A program made the translations under genes and the position numbers. The notes below the pieces were generated by a model, which ran no database searches, was not told the DNA's origin, and saw only the letters and a list, made by a program, of their open reading frames with translations. This document shows positions 62,276-64,000 of a stretch of 64,000 nt of DNA, one piece after another; position 1 is the stretch's first letter; the number at the start of each line of letters is the position of its first letter. Source of the DNA: Verrucomicrobiota bacterium (GTDB lineage Bacteria; Verrucomicrobiota; Verrucomicrobiia; Opitutales; Seribacteraceae); NCBI GenBank assembly GCA_027622665.1, contig JAQBYT010000002.1, positions 128,001 to 192,000 of the forward strand, read 5' to 3'.

Positions 62276-63772
62276 ATGTCCTTTTCCCTACTTTCCACTC
62301 TTCTGCCGCTTCTGCTTGGGCCCGTGCTTTTCATGATGCCCAACGTCGGCGTTACCCTTCCCAATCAAGCTCCACCTGATCCCGTCGCCGATGCCGCCCG
62401 CTTTGAAACCGTTGCCAAGCAGCTCGATTTAGGTGGCGTCCTCTATGGTTACGTCAGCGTGGACGGCGATCTCACGGCCATCGGCGCCTATGTGAAATCC
62501 TTCATGGATGAACTGCGAAAGATCGAGCCTGACGTTCCCCCTGTCGACGTTCCTGCAATATTGAAGGTTTCCGGATTGGACGCCATTTCCGCCGTTGGCT
62601 TTAGTTCCAAGAGCGTGCAGGGCGGGTTCCGCAACAAGAGCTATCTGTATATCCCTAAAGGCCGGAGGGGTCTCCTTCGCTTGCTAGGTGGCGAATCGAA
62701 ACCGTTCGACGTCGTCAAGCTGGCTCCTGCAGGATCGGATTTTGTTTTCGAGCAGGACTTGAACCTTAAGGTGGTTTACGAATCGATTCAGGAAGCCCTC
62801 GTCGCAGGCATGGGAGAGCAGGGAGCCCTTTTCAAGGCAATGATGGATGGAGCAGTCAAGCAGCCGCTCCCTCCTCCTATTCCCTTTACCATGGAAAAGG
62901 TATTGGCTGACTTGGATACGCAGATCGCTGTAATCATAGACGCCGATCCCGATAAGAAAATCAGTTTTACTCATCCCGACGCCAAAGGGTTGCATCCTCC
63001 CCTGATGCGCGGAGCCATCCTAGTCGACGAGTTTGGATGGGTGGCGGACGAGTTGGTCCAGATGCTCGAACCCATGTTGGCGCATCCCACTGAGCGTCCT
63101 CCAGCCAAGATCGTGCGAGACCCCAATTGGGTGGGTGTTCAGCTTGCGATCGAACCTGAGCAATCCGCCGTAATGGATGTCGACATCTTGTTGGAACTTT
63201 TCGGAAGGACGAACCCGGTCTTGGTCCATCATCGTCCGAGCGGGAAGCTAATCTTGGCCACGGGATTGGAGTTCGCCGAAAACCTCTTCATCCCGAAGCC
63301 TAATCTGGCGGACGATCCCGTCTTTCGGAAAACCATGCTTGATCTTCCTCAGAAAGGGACTGCCATAGCCTATGTGTCTCCCGCTCTTTTCTCCGGTCTT
63401 CGAGAGGTTTTGGAGTCGGCGATGGACGTCGAAGATCTAGGCGGAGTCGAAGACCTTTTCCTCAATACCTTCCTCAAGTTGTTTCTCCCAAAAAACGTAA
63501 GAGGGGAGGGGAGCGTGACCACTAATTCCAAGGATGGAATTCTCACCGTTTCTAATTCCGCCCACTCACACAAGGCCAACATCATTTCAAGCGTCACGGT
63601 TCCATTGCTTATGGGGGTTTTGTCTAGCTTGCAGCCAGCCTTGCCGATGATGAATGAGCTGAGGGTAGAGGCAGTTCATGATCACGAGGGGCATATTCAC
63701 GACCAATTACTCGAGCTCGAAAATGACGCTGAACCAGGCTTGAAGCAATCTATCACTCCGCGCGGAGATTGA
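62276..63772 (+). CDS. Secreted/membrane hypothetical protein
   Basis: 498-aa ORF with hydrophobic leader, LDLGGVLYGYVSVDGD, a late hydrophobic segment and a His-rich tail. Confidence 0.8.
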   Translation: MSFSLLSTLLPLLLGPVLFMMPNVGVTLPNQAPPDPVADAARFETVAKQLDLGGVLYGYVSVDGDLTAIGAYVKSFMDELRKIEPDVPPVDVPAILKVSGLDAISAVGFSSKSVQGGFRNKSYLYIPKGRRGLLRLLGGESKPFDVVKLAPAGSDFVFEQDLNLKVVYESIQEALVAGMGEQGALFKAMMDGAVKQPLPPPIPFTMEKVLADLDTQIAVIIDADPDKKISFTHPDAKGLHPPLMRGAILVDEFGWVADELVQMLEPMLAHPTERPPAKIVRDPNWVGVQLAIEPEQSAVMDVDILLELFGRTNPVLVHHRPSGKLILATGLEFAENLFIPKPNLADDPVFRKTMLDLPQKGTAIAYVSPALFSGLREVLESAMDVEDLGGVEDLFLNTFLKLFLPKNVRGEGSVTTNSKDGILTVSNSAHSHKANIISSVTVPLLMGVLSSLQPALPMMNELRVEAVHDHEGHIHDQLLELENDAEPGLKQSITPRGD

Positions 63773-63818
63773 GACCGAATCATTGCTGAAATCAACCATT
63801 GAAATATTAAGTACGAAG

Positions 63819-64000
63819 ATGGAAATCACTTTATTATTCCTAGCTGTTCTCTTGCCCCTGTCCGGAACGATCGGAGCAGCTCCTGCTCTTCCCGATCAAG
63901 CCCCGTCCGATCCCGCGGAGGAAGCGGCTCGCTTCGCTTCCGTTACAGGGCAAGTCGACTTGGGTGGCGTTGTCTTCGGATATCTCAGCGTGGACGGCGA
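63819..64000 (+). CDS. Tandem paralog of the 62276 gene (partial; runs off the right edge)
   Basis: Hand translation MEITLLFLAVLLPL...LPDQAPSDPAEEAARFASVTGQVDLGGVVFGYLSVDG aligns with LPNQAPPDPVADAARFETVAKQLDLGGVLYGYVSVDG. Confidence 0.85.
   Translation, partial: MEITLLFLAVLLPLSGTIGAAPALPDQAPSDPAEEAARFASVTGQVDLGGVVFGYLSVDG

Overview
This 64-kb window looks like DNA from a PVC-superphylum bacterium (Verrucomicrobiota- or Planctomycetota-like, inferred from gene content). About the first 49 kb is a dense array of exported proteins. It holds eight Cys-type sulfatases (two heavily disrupted, one with a frameshifted leader) and four esterases. It also holds five 'planctomycete cytochrome c' (CxxCH) proteins of the DUF1592 and DUF1549/DUF1553 types, with Tat-exported DUF1552/DUF1501 partners and a ferrochelatase (hemH) beside one pair. 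Four of the five heme proteins carry a lectin-like insert at differing positions and one carries none, which suggests a modular glycan-binding heme system. The last 15 kb holds a XylR-type regulator, a phytoene-dehydrogenase-like oxidoreductase, avtA, a VIT-vWA-TPR-DUF2135 protein and runs of small hypothetical lipoproteins. Signs of gene decay are frequent: frameshifts, nonsense codons, tandem micro-duplications, truncated remnants and a deletion chimera. A 21-bp-period motif shared by two intergenic regions is a candidate XylR operator. No rRNA, tRNA, CRISPR array or transposase was recognised. All family names come from motif recognition by eye, not database searches.
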